Below are positions 36,481-49,200 of a DNA stretch of 64,000 nucleotides, piece by piece (position 1 is the first letter of the stretch; every line of letters starts with the position of its first letter). The DNA is from Hypanus sabinus. Taxonomy: Eukaryota. The notes under the pieces are model-generated. The model had not been told where the DNA came from and did no database searches. It was given only the letters and a program-made list of their open reading frames with translations. Both the position numbers and the translations under genes were made by a program. Location: assembly GCF_030144855.1 (NCBI RefSeq), contig NC_082709.1, positions 152,768,001 through 152,832,000 on the forward strand, in the 5' to 3' direction.

Positions 36481-36600
36481 CTTGAATGATGCCGAGAAGT
36501 TGAGTTTAGTCCTCCCAGCCTAGATCTGAATAATACACATGTCTGGCTCATGAAGAGGTCACATTTATATTTAGATAAATGTGTATGGTATTAAAAATAA
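36481..36600 (-). promoter_or_regulatory. Putative FBXO40 muscle-type core promoter and non-coding exon 1 (donor after 36481)
   Basis: Minus strand: MEF2 consensus at 36591-36600, composite MEF2/TATA CTAAATATAAA at 36574-36564, then a strong donor CAAG|gtaggt about 80 nt downstream. Confidence 0.55.
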
Positions 36601-38414
36601 ACTAAATTTGAGCTTCTGGAATGAGCTCTGATGTTTGGAATACTACCAAGACAACAACTTATTAATCCCCTAAAATGCTATTTCCAAGCATATTAAATTA
36701 TGACATTGTCTCAGTCATTAACCAACATGATGAACAATAAATATCCTTCAATTAAGATAAAAGTATATGCACTTAAGATTAAGATAAAAGTAAACAGAGT
36801 ACTTTTACATTTTAAATAACAATATCAGGCAATGACAAAATAAATGGCAAAATAAAGGAAAACAAGTATAATTCTCCAAAAGACATGATGTAATATGTTT
36901 CAATATACGTAAGACATGAAATAATAACTTCCATTTTGTTTATTAGCTATGGGAGCCCAGCTGTCATGCTCCCACGATCATGTTACAAATCTGAACTCCA
37001 GTTTCCGCCAAAGCCTTGAGGTTGCAGTAGGTCACAAGGTTTCTGCAAGTGAAAGCACAGCATCAAGGCTAATTTTATTGCATTTAAAAATCAAATGCCT
37101 ATGGACAAAAGTAATCTAATATGAAAACACAAAATGCCGGAATACCTTTATGTCAGGTTGCATTCTGTGGGGACAGAAAAGAACTTAAAATTGAGGTTGA
37201 TGGCACAGTTGTATTGTATAAGCCTGAATTTATATTCCTTATTGTTTTTGTTAGGTAAGTAGGTGTTTAAGACAAATAGCCTATAATGAAATAATTTATT
37301 TGTAGAAAACAATTATCTGTTTATCTCACCTACAACTTCCATATCCTCATAATTAAAATGAGTCCATCCCCGACAGTACATAACAAAGTCACCAGGTCAT
37401 AACTTATATTACTGCTGTCAAAGACAACCTATCACCAAATCCTTGTTAACATCCACCTACATCCCTACATCAAAACCTCTGCAGAAAACTAGTGTTTTCC
37501 CACTGTGATATGCAGTAGGTTCCAGAATTTAGTCCCAGAAAAGATGAAGTAATGTTGATATACCTCCAAGTTAGCACGATATGTGATTTGAAGCAATTTT
37601 TTTGCTTCAACTTTGCAGTTTCTACCCTTGTCTATCTCACTTGTAGAGGTCACACACTTGAAGGTGTGAAGTTATTGCAGTCTATGCTGCAGATGCCAGT
37701 TCACTGGTGAATGGGGCACCAATTAAAAGATATTCACATTAAATGGTATTATTGGACTTCGGGGCTTTCTTGGGGTTAAATTTAGCAAAGCAAAGGAAAA
37801 ACTTCCACTACATTTTTAATTGTGACTTGTAGATGATATAGAGGCTTCATTAGTTAAGAGGTGTCCCAGCAGCCAGAGTATACAGTCTCTGACCTGTTCT
37901 TGTAGATATTGTTATATATTTCTAACTTATGAGACCAGAGTGCTGGTAATGAAGATTCAATGGATTGAATATCAAGGGGATATAATTAAGCATGTCCTTT
38001 TTAGAGGTCTCAGCTGGCATTCAATAGTTAGTTGCTAGGTGTCAGCTCAAACCTGAATGCTGGAATTGTTCTGACGATGGGCAAATGCCCTTCTGTTGTT
38101 GTAATAAAGAATTTATTAAGTTATTTGCAATTAAATGCCTTTAATATGGACCTTTTATGTTGTATTGATACACCATCCTTTAAAAGCTTTTAAAAGTATT
38201 TCTTTCTTTATCCTGCCTGAAGAATGATATTCAAAACAATTCTAAATGATGATAACATGTGCGATGACTGCCATCAGAGAGAAGGCAAGAATTTGGGTGA
38301 GAATTTTGGACTGAAATTCATTGCATTCCACCTGACAGTGTAGCCTCCAGGCAAATCCTCATGAATTCTGCTAAATCTTAATAGAGTTCAGGAAGCAAAA
38401 TAATTGTAGATATT

Positions 38415-39152
38415 TGATGAATGAATGATGATGATGAATGAATGATAGATACTTTATTCATCCCCAAGGGGAAATTCAACATTTTTCCTGTGTCCCATAC
38501 ACTTATTATAGCAAAACTAATTACATACAGTATTTAACTCAGTATAAATATGATATGCATCTAAAATCACCCTCCCAAGAAGCATTAATAAATAGCTTTT
38601 AAAAAGTTCTTAAATAGTTTACTAAAGTGCATTGAGTGGTAACTTAAGCTCAGTCCTAACCCCGGCACTTAACATGTCTTGCCCCTGGTGGTTGAATTGT
38701 AGAGCCGAATGGCGTTGGGGAGTAATGATTTCTTCATCCTGTCTGAGGAGCATTGCATTGACAGCAACCTGCCACTGAAGCTGCTTCTCTGTCTCTGGAT
38801 GGTGCTGTGCTGAGGATGTTCAGGGTTTTCCATGATTGACCGTAGCCTACTCAGCGCCCTCCGCTCTGCCACCGATATCATACTCTCCAGTTCTGTGCCC
38901 ACGACAGAGCCCGCCTTCCTTACCAGCTTATTAAGACGTGAGGGGTCCCTCTTCTTAATGCTGCCTCCCCACCACGCCAACACAAAGAGGAAGCTCTCCA
39001 CAACTGACCGATAGAACATCTTCAGCATCTCACTACAAACATTGAATGACACCAGCCTTCTGAGGAAGTACAGTCGATTCTGTGCTTTCCTGCACAGGGC
39101 ATCTGTGTTGGCAGTCCAGTCTAGCTTCTCGTCTAACTGCACTCCCAGATAC
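38415..39152 (-). mobile_element. Young 5'-truncated Rex1/Babar LINE
   Basis: Uninterrupted frame YLGVQLDEKLDWTANT...RLYFLRRL...PNAIRLYN; CpGs retained; (ATTC)/(ATC) tail. Confidence 0.88.
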
Positions 39153-40579
39153 CATCTTAATAAGATATCCTCTGCATGAGAGAAACCAAACACAGTTTTT
39201 GTGACCACCATGTAGAAAACTTCCATTCAGTCTGCAAAAGGAATCTGAGCTGCAGTCACATGTCACTTTGATTCTTCATTTCCACTTCCATTCCATCTTT
39301 GGCTTAACAGCATAACACCTTCTATCCAGGTCAGCTGCAGCAGTTAGAACTTAGTACTGAATTCAACAATTTCAGCCAGCTCTCCTTTCCTGTTTCACAA
39401 ATGGTCAATTCGGATTCAAAGTCATTCACTTGTGACATAACCTCAGCAAACATTGTCAAAGACTCCCATGTTGAAGGCCATGCTCTATTCTCCCTGCTCC
39501 CACCGGATAGGAGGTATAGGAGCCTTAGATTCCACACCACAGGTTCAATCTCATTTATTACCCTGCAACCATCAGGCTCCTGCACAAGTGTGGATAACTT
39601 CACTTACTTCAATTCTGAATTGATTCTGCAAAACCATAGACTCACTTTCAAGAACTCTACAACTCATGTTCTCAGTTTTATTTATTTAACCTTTTTTGAA
39701 CATTTTGTCTCCTTTTGCACATTGGCTGTTTGTCAATGTTTGGATGTAGTGTAGTTTTTCACTGATTCTGTTGTACTCCTTTCTTCTGCTGTGAATGCCT
39801 GTAAGAAAATGAAACTCGAGGTAGTATTTGGTGACATATACAGCATGTACTTTGATAATACATTTACTTTGAACATTGTACAAGTGGTGTCCTATGCAAG
39901 TGATCATGTTATTTTGTTGTCTTTTTCTATTTGCCAGCATTGAAAGCCAAAGAATGATCAGGACAACCCTGGAGTCCACCATACCAGCCATTTCCTTTCC
40001 ATTTCTTGCCCATTCTGCAACTCACTTCTCCAATTCTGAAGAAATGTCACCAGATTGAAATACTGGTCTCATTTCTCTTTTCCCAGATATTGTGTAACTT
40101 GCTGAGTGACTTTGGCATGATCTGATTCTGTTTCAGCAGGCTATCTCATTAGCAAATCCCATGCTGCACTAACAGGCACAGAATGTTGTGTGACCAACCC
40201 TCAGATATACTGATGCCCCAAGCAATGAAGGCATATCTCTAATCCAGGTTTTGTTTCAACAACACAGGCAATATTTGAGTCATGAATTTCCTTTATTGAT
40301 GTATATTAAACAAGACAGTGATTACATTTAATGGATTGGGGTTCTGGGACTTGAACAACATGACATATTTTGCAAAGCATTTTAAGAAATTTGAACATTA
40401 ATCCAATTATTAAAAGGTAACAACACACTACCTTTTTAAGATTTATAGAATGTGACAAATGTATATTTCTAAATATACTACTAGATCTACCGATTTGAAA
40501 TCCTTACAAGACATTGTAATCCAACTAAAAAAAAACCACAGACAACTCAATGGAGGTGCCAGGCAGAGACCAAACACAT

Positions 40580-41610
40580 TCAGAATCAAAATCAGTATCA
40601 GAATCATTGTCCATTCAGAAATCTGATGGAGGAGGGGAAGAACTATTCCTGAAATGTGTATGTCGTCAGACTCTGGTCACTCCTTGACAGTAGCAATGAA
40701 AAAAGGCATGTCATAAATGATGTGAGTTCTTAATGGAAGTGTCCTGGATGCTGGGAGGCTAGTGCCCATGATGGAGCTGGCTTAGTGTACAACTTTCTGC
40801 AGCTTTTTTTATGACCCTCCATACCAGATAGTTAGAATGCTCTCCACAGTACATCTGTAGAAATTTCTGAGTGTCTTTGGTGATATACTAAATTTCCTCA
40901 AACTCTAAATGAAATAAAGCCACTGTAGTGCCTTCTTTATAATTGCATCAATATGCTGTGCCCAGGGTAGATCTTCAGAGATGTTGCCATCCAGGAACTG
41001 CTCACTATTTCCACTCCTGATTCTGCAATGAAAACTAATGTGTGCGCCTTCGACTTCCCCCTTCTTGAAGTCCACAATCAATTCCTTGGTCTTACTGACG
41101 TTGAGTGCAATGTTGGTGTTGCAACACTACTCAACCAGCTGGTCTACTATATCTTGCTCCTGTACACCTCCTTGTGACCCTCTGAAATTCTACCAACAAT
41201 AATTGTGCCATTGGCATTTGAGCTGTACCTAGGCACACAATCATTGGTGGGGAAAGAGTAGAGCAGTGGGCTAAGCACACATCTTTGAGGTGCACCAGTG
41301 TTGATTGTCAGAGAGGAGGAGATGTTAAGTCCGATCTGCACAGACTGTGGTTTCCCAGTGATAAAAGTCAAGGATCCATTGTAGGGGAGGTACAAGCAAC
41401 CAGGTTATGGAGCTTGTTGATTAGAACTTAGGCATGATTGTGTTGAACACTAAGCTGTAGTCAAAAAACAGCAGCCTGATGTAGGTATTACTATTGTCCA
41501 GGTGATCCAAGGTGGAGTGGAGAACTAGTGAGATTGTATCCACTGTAGACCTATTGTGGCAACAGGTAAATTGCAGTGGATGGGTCCAGGACCTTGCTTA
41601 GGCAGAAGTT
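40580..41610 (-). mobile_element. Rex1/Babar LINE RT fragment
   Basis: SSSLTINTGAPQRCVLSPLLYS...TIIVGRIS. Confidence 0.8.
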
Positions 41611-42247
41611 AATGCTTTTGGTTTTAACACTGACGTTAACATTCTGAATCAAATACTTCACTAAAACCAGTGTTCTGGTCTGAAGATACAAATTGCAGTA
41701 AGGTTACTGAGATATGTAAATTCAAATGAAAAATATTTTACAAAGTTAATCTTAGGAATGGTAATGGATGAAACCGTTTCAAAGTTGTGAAGACCTATCA
41801 AGTTCTCTTATAACTAACGTGGAAAGAAATGTGCAGACCTTACACATTGTGATACTCCAATCACCTCTGTTGTCGGTGTAACAACCTGTAAGACATTAAA
41901 TAGGCCACAGGTGGAGTATTGTGTGCAGGTCTGGTTACTCCACTATAGGAATTGAAAACATAAGACATAGAAACTGCAGTAGGCAATATGACTCCATAGT
42001 TATGATCAACAAGGAAGGGGATGGAGAAAAGAGCATGAGAATCATATAACCATAAAACAATTACAGCACGGAAACAGGCCATCTCGGCCCTTCTAGACCG
42101 TGCCGAACGCTTACCCTCACAAATGTCATAATAAATGTCAGAGTATTTTGTTAGTGCCAAGAGATCCATTTGTGATCCCACCTAAAATTAAGAAAAACTT
42201 CAGTTAAATTTGTTAAACTATTTAAGAACCAGCAGTTGAGATGATAA

Positions 42248-43015
42248 ATGTGAGAAAATCTGCAGATGCTGGATATCTGAGCAGCACACACAAAGTGCAG
42301 GAGGAACTCAGCAAGACAGGCAGCATCTATGGAAAAGAGTAATAGTCAACGTTTCAGGCAGAGACCCTTCATCAGGATTGAAAAAAAAAACAGAAATACC
42401 AGAGTAAGAAGGTGGGGGGAGGGGAGGAAGAGGTATATGGAGGTAGGTGATAGGTAAAACCAAGAGGGCAGGGACCGATGAAGTAAGGAGTTGAGAAGTT
42501 GGTGAAAAGAGATAAAGGACTGGAGAAGTGAGAATCTGCTAGGAGAGGACAGAAGACAATGGAAGAAGGGGAAGAGATGGGCAAGTACGGATAGAGTGAG
42601 GGCAATAGGAATGTGGAATAGTGAAGGGGGGCAATTACGAGATGTTCATGCCATCAGGTTGGAGTCTACCGAGATGTAAGGTGTTGTTCCTCCAACCAGA
42701 GAGTGGCCTCATACAACAGTAGAGGAGGCCATGGACTGACATGTGGAAATGGGAATGGGAAGTGGAATTGAAATGGGAGGCCACTGGGAGATCCTGCTCT
42801 CCTAGCGGACGGAGCGTAGAGGTTCAGCGAAGTGGTCTCCCAATCTGCATCGGATCTCAGCGACGTACAGGAGACCAGGCTCGCAGGCGACGTGTCGCCT
42901 CAGCGGGAAGGACTGTTTGGGGCCCGCAAGGGCTATCAGTGGGGAGGGACGAATGGACTCGGGCGTCGAGGACGGAGCGATATCCTGCCGAAAGCAGGAG
43001 GTGGGGGAGGGAAAG
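42248..43015 (-). mobile_element. Penelope-like element fragment (GIY-YIG remnant and terminal repeat)
   Basis: GLLYVAEIRCRLGDHFAEPLRSVR resembles the Penelope GIY-YIG segment LYIGETxRRLGDRFxEHLRSV; hammerhead motif at 42380-42343. Confidence 0.8.
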
Positions 43016-43084
43016 ACGTGCTTGGATAACACAAATAATAGCAGGCGCGAGCACAATACACCGTACATTTTTCATAGTTGCCGC

Positions 43085-43280
43085 CGTCACTCACCGCAAT
43101 AAGAAAGCCGTGATTGGATATAACAGCGCGTCACTCACCCGCCCCTTTGACGTCAGCGGGCTGGGCCCCCTCTCACGTGACCCGGCTCCGCGGCCGCCCG
43201 GAAGACCGGACCGCGCGCTCGAGCTGACAAGGGCGGCCGTGACGTCATTCTGGATGGACAGAGACCCGTCACCGAGGAAA
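43085..43280 (+). promoter_or_regulatory. TAF13 CpG-island promoter
   Basis: CpG-dense ~42800-43420; inverted CCAAT 43113-43117; two perfect CRE TGACGTCA (43148-43155, 43240-43247); TCACGTGAC E-box 43173-43181; ETS CCGGAAG 43198-43204; YY1-like AAAATGGC over the start codon. Confidence 0.85.
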
Positions 43281-46200
43281 ATGGCTGATGAGGACGATGA
43301 GCCGGCGGTGAGTTTGGATCCCTGAGGTACCAGAGCGTTGGCTGTATTGGCGGATCTGGCTGTGTAGTGCAAGCGTTGCCGTCTGGCAGTGGCGCTTAGG
43401 GAACAACGCGTTTAAGACGGTGAAATAAAATCAGATACTCTGGTAACACTTAATCCTGTCGGGCAGCATCTGTAGAAACAGAGTATTTTAACGTTTAGCA
43501 TCCAGGATGCCCTCCTCAGAGTTCCATACCAGGAATATTCCTTCCATATATTCTGTCTGTCCTGTTTGATTGTTTCCCACTGTTTCTGTTGCTATTTTTG
43601 CGATTTTCTAGCGTTGGCATTTTTTTATTTGCACATAAATGGTGAAATTTGGCTGCTCGATCAGAAGTCTAAACAAAACCCTTCGGTAAAACAGCAGTAA
43701 AGTAAGAAATAAAACTAAGCTGTGTTTTACTGTGTTTCTGTTCTCAGTAAAGTTTGTACTTTGGTAGAGTCTGTGGATTTTGGAGATATTATTGGAGTAC
43801 CTCAAGAATTAACTATTATGGATTTTATGGATACAGATACTGTATACAGTATTGGAGTTGCAGAGAACGAATGTTTATGCAATTGGTTCAGAATTTGATG
43901 TATTATCACTTAGTATGATGAGGTATCAGTCAAGTAGGCTGGGTTTTTATTTTTGTTGGATTTTGCAGTGCTTCCTGAGAGCTGTTGTAGCTGCAGTTAC
44001 ACAAGAAAGTAGAAGTAAGAGCAGACCTCCTATCCCTCATGCCTATCCTGCCATTCAATTTGATTGTATGCCAGTTCCCCATGATCTTTCAAAGAGTTAT
44101 AAGACATAGGAGTAAAATTAAGCCATTTGTCCAATTGAGTTTGCTCTACCATTCAAACATGGCTGTTTTTTTTTCTCCTTCTCAACTGTTTTCTCCTGTG
44201 TTCTTCCCATAACCTTTGAAGCCTTTACTATTCAAGAATATATCAACCTGTTTTTTAAATATACCTAATGACTTTGCCACAAACAGCTGTGGCGGTCATG
44301 AATTCCACAGATTCTCCACCCTCTGGCTAAGGAAATTCTTCTTTATCTCTGTTCTAGATGGACAGTCTTCTATTCTGAGGCTGTACTCTCTGGTCCAAGA
44401 TGCCCATACTATTAGAAACAACTTCTCCACTGTATCTAGGTTTTTCAATATTTGGTAGGTTTAAATGAGATTCTTCCCCCCCCCCCCCCATTCTATTAAA
44501 CTCCAGTGAGTATAGGCCCGCAGCCTTCAAACACTCCTCGTAGATTAACTCTTTCATTCATGGGATCATTCTCCTAAATTTCCTCTGGACCCTTTCCAAT
44601 GTCACAGTGGCAATGTGGTCCTGGAGCCATGTTTCTGCGAGAACAAACATGCAGCAAGCAGTTCCTCATCTTGCACCGGCTAGCTTACCTTCATATATCA
44701 TATTTTCCTTCCTTGTGGCTTTTTAGTTGCCTTCTGTTGGTTTTTAAAACCTTCCTACTAATTTTTGCTATACTGTACATCTTCTCTTTTGCTTTTATGC
44801 TGTCTTTGATTTCCCTTGTCAGCCATGGTTGTCTTGTCCTCCCTTTAGAATATTAATGCTTCTTTGGGACGTATCTATCCTGAGCCTTCTGAATTGTTCC
44901 CAGAATCTGCAGCCATTGCTGTTATCCAGTCATTCCTGCCAGTGTCCCCTTCCAATCAACTTTGTCCAACACCTCTCGAATGCTTCTTTAATTACCTTTA
45001 CTTATCTGTAATACCAATACACCTGAATTTAGCTTCTGCATTTCAGTCTGGAGGATAAATGCTATTATGTTATGATCACGGTCTCCTAAGGGTTCCACTA
45101 CCTTAAGCTTCCTAATCAAATGTAGTTCATTATACAACCCCCAATCCAGAATTGCTTTTTCCCTATTCAGCTCGACCACAAGCTGCTCTAAAAAGCCATT
45201 TTGTAGGCATACTATAAACTCTTTCTCTTGGGGTCTAGCATCAACCTGATTTTTCCAATCTGCCTGCATATTGAAATCCCCTTTTCACATGCCTGTTCTA
45301 TTCTGCATTGTAATTTGTACCCCACTTCTGGCTACTGTTTGGAGATCTGTAACTACCATCAGAGTCTTCCAGTTTTACCTCGCAGTTTCTTAACTCTACC
45401 CAGAAGGATTCTACATCTTCTGCTCTAAGTCCTTATTTCATTTTTTATTAGAAAACACTTCATCTCCTCTGCCCTCCTGATTGTCCGTTTGATATGACGT
45501 GTGTCCTTGGATGTTAAGCATCCAGCTTTGTTTACCTTTCCACCATGAGCTCAGTGATACCTGCTGATTTTTAACTGCTTAAATATATCTGATGATCTAG
45601 CTCCTATCATACTCTGGGGCAGAGAATTCCAGAGATTCAATACCCTCTGAGAGAAAAAGTTTCTATACATCACACTTTTAAATGATCAACCATTTATCTT
45701 GTGATCTTATCCCTTGCATGGGGTTCTTATTACTGCAAACATCTCAATATCTCCCCTTATGAGACTCTTTTGGTTCTGGTTCATCTGAATTTTAAGGAAT
45801 GCAGACCCAAGTGTCCAGTCTCTTGATACGATGACCCTTTCTTCCCACAAGTTAAACTAATGAATCTGCTTTCAACTGCCTACTATATCCTTTTTATGTA
45901 ACGGGATCAAAATTGTGCACAATGGTCCAGCTATAGCCTTATCAACACACTGTTCAATTGTTACAAAACCTACCTATTTTTAAACCCCAATAAAATTCCA
46001 TTTGTCATCTTAAAAACCTGTTGGACCTGCCTGCTAACTTTTTGGTGGGTGTACACTAAAACATAGAGTTCCCTCTGTACTTTATTTACAATCTCTCCAT
46101 TTAGATAAACTGCCTTTTGACTCCTCTTACTAAACTGCTGACATTGCTCTTTCCACAGTAAAACTCACGCTGATTCTTGGTCGAATACTTAGGCACTAGG

Positions 46201-49200
46201 CCTTGACAACTTCTTGTATGGCCTGGCATCATCTTATCTTTGGTAAGATTCTTGCAAGTAGAGGTAATTAGTAACACAACACCGCCAATCAGTGGTGAAG
46301 TGGCATCAGCACTAAATTTCAAGGCCGATGATTCTGAGTTTGAAACCCAGCTATGTCCCAACCTGAGCAGCAACAATATCTGCACAGAAGAAAGGCCTGG
46401 CAATCTACTTGCGTATCTTGCCATGAAAACCCTATGGTCTATGAGGTCATGAACAGTTGGACTCAACTAAGCGACTGAAGAACAACAGTAACATGAGATT
46501 TGGTAGAGGCTGGAAATCCGGAACAACATACATAATGCTGGTGGAACTTAGCAGGTCAGTCAGCATCTATGGAGAGGAATAAAAATTAAAAGAGGAATAA
46601 ATAGATGCTCTCTGATGTGTTGAGTTCCTCCAGCTTTTTGTGTGTTTTCTCAAGATTTCCAGCATCTGCAAACTCTGTTGTGTGTAATCTTTGTGATTCT
46701 TTTGTATTTATAGTTTGACGAAGATGTGGAAGAGAGTGGAAGTGGTGCTGAAGGTGGACAAGGCAGAAGAAAAAGATTATTTTCAAAGGAATGTAAGTCA
46801 ATTCTGCTAAACTGTTGGAAATCAATAATCCGTGACTAAATGAATGATGTGTAAAATCAAACAAATTCCTGTAGACCATAGAAGTTTAACCATAATCCAT
46901 TTGCACTGATGAATCACCAATTAATTCATCATAGTTATGTTTTTATTGATCATTCGATACAATATTAAGAGTTGGATTTTGAAATTGTGATCTTGTTTTC
47001 CTAAGGAAATGCAATGACATTTATGCAAAATCTTCACAAAGCTTTCTTAGAGTTTTATATTTTTTATTGTAAACTGCTACTGTAGCAGCTGCTAGAAGAT
47101 TAAGAAACAGTCTTAACAGAAATTTTTGTAGACATTTTTCCTTTATTAAAGTAATACAGTATTAATTTGATATGTAATTTGTATTCCTTTTTAAAGGTCA
47201 TAAGCACATACATTTTGCCTTTAATTTGCTGTGAAGAAGCAGAAATGAAAGTTGTAGATCTGACCACAATGATGTCAAAACTAAAAGAACTTCGCAACCA
47301 TATTAGTCACGTTAGTGTATCAAGTACTCTTTGAATACATTAAGAATAGAAATTAAATGTTTCTTCCTCGTGGGCACTGAGTTCCGTCTGAGAACCATGT
47401 CCATGGCTGGAGTCACTCAACACATCTTCTCCCTCTTTCCAATCATTTCATATCCTGTAACCTTCAATGGATTAATCTATTTAATATAGATTAATTACCT
47501 TAATGTAACTTTAATGTTGGTTATTACTAAGCAAAATTCCAAGTGAAAGTTGAATCTCGGCATTTGCAGCAGACATTGAACATTTACTAGGTTATAATAG
47601 TTGACATTTTGAAGTTTATGTTCCTTCCAAACAGTGAGATGCATGATGTATGGCTTTGGAGATGACCAGAATCCTTATACTGAATCAGTGGACATCCTGG
47701 AAGATCTTGTCATAGAATTTATCACTGAAATGGTGAGTTAGCTACACAAATTGTTGTCTGAGTATAAGTTCAATTATTCACAATGACATATAGCGTTTAA
47801 ATTTGGGAGAACATGCTGCTGAAAACAGACTTGTTCAATTCAAATAAAGTTGTGAAAATTCTTCTCTCAATAGTGAATCAAAATTTGCCTATGGAATTCA
47901 AAGACACCAAAACATAAAATTTTAACAGATCACCTCGAATGATTTGCAACTTTGTGGGAACACCATCTGATTAGTCTCAAGGCTACCTCCCTATTTAAAA
48001 TTAGTACTTGTATTGTCTCCTACATCCTTTCATGGGGTGCATGATGCCGGATCATGATAATTTATTACATAAAAGAAATTTTACTTGCTTTATAGTTCTT
48101 TTGACAATCATTTTAAATCTGGCTGTCCAGCGTGAATTTCTATATTTATTCTATTTCATTTGCTTTCTCAATGTCCAGACTAGATTATGCTTTCATCACT
48201 TGTCTCATTTGCAAGTATGGTTTTAATAATGAGTTGTATTGGTTACGGGTTTTCCTCTCTCAGTTTCTTGATATCTGCTTCCTGTCAACTGAAGCTTCCA
48301 AGCCATAATAAAAGGTTGTATATTGACTAATGACTTTTTTGAGAGAAGGATCACCAAGGTCTGTTAGGTGTTAAGGTAATTCCTGACTAACATTATTAAT
48401 GTTGAAATAAAGGTTGCTTCCAATGGGAAACTTGGAACATACCTAATTTGTTGTTAAATGGGTGGGGGTGGATTTGCAGCATGCGAGAGCTCTGTTGCTT
48501 GACAATCTTTTGGGGTCATTTACTGCATCCAGTGCTCCTGGTGTGGCCTCCTATACATTGGTGAGACCCGACATAGGGGAGACCACTTCGCTGAACATCT
48601 ATGCTCTGTTCACCAAAATAAGTGTTATCTTCCAGAGGCCACTCATTTTAATTGCATGTCCCATTCCCATATGTCCATCCTTGGCCTCCTCCACTGTCAT
48701 GCTGAGGCCACACTTAGGTTGGAGGAACAACACCTTATCTTCTGTTTGGGTAGCCTCCAATCTGATGGCATGAACATCGATTTCTCAAACTTCTGGTAAT
48801 GCCACCCAAAACCACCTACCTCCATTTCCCATCACCTTTCTCACCTCATCTCACCAATCAAGTTCCCAGCTGTTTACTTCATCCCTCCCCCTCCAGGTTT
48901 CACCTATCACCTGGTGGTTCTCTCTCCCCTCACCTTTTAAATCTACTCCTCAGCTTTTTTTCTCCAGCCCTGCTGATGGATTTCGATTCGAAATGTCGAC
49001 CTTACTGTCTTCCATTGATGCTGCCTGGCCTGCTGAGTTCCTCCAGCATTTTATGTGTGTTGATGGACAATCAGCCTGATTTACTTGCCTCTCCTGAAGG
49101 AGTGGGATTGACACTGGGTTCTGTAACTTAATTAGTCAGATGTAACTCATCAAGTGTCCACACTCCATGTTGATGAACAAAAGCTCCAACAATATAGAAT

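Noticed and set aside
42741-43325. 194-aa ORF in frame with TAF13 exon 1, suggesting an N-terminal extension
   Set aside because: Starts in antisense Penelope sequence upstream of the promoter motifs; the ATG at 43281 gives the standard 124-aa protein.
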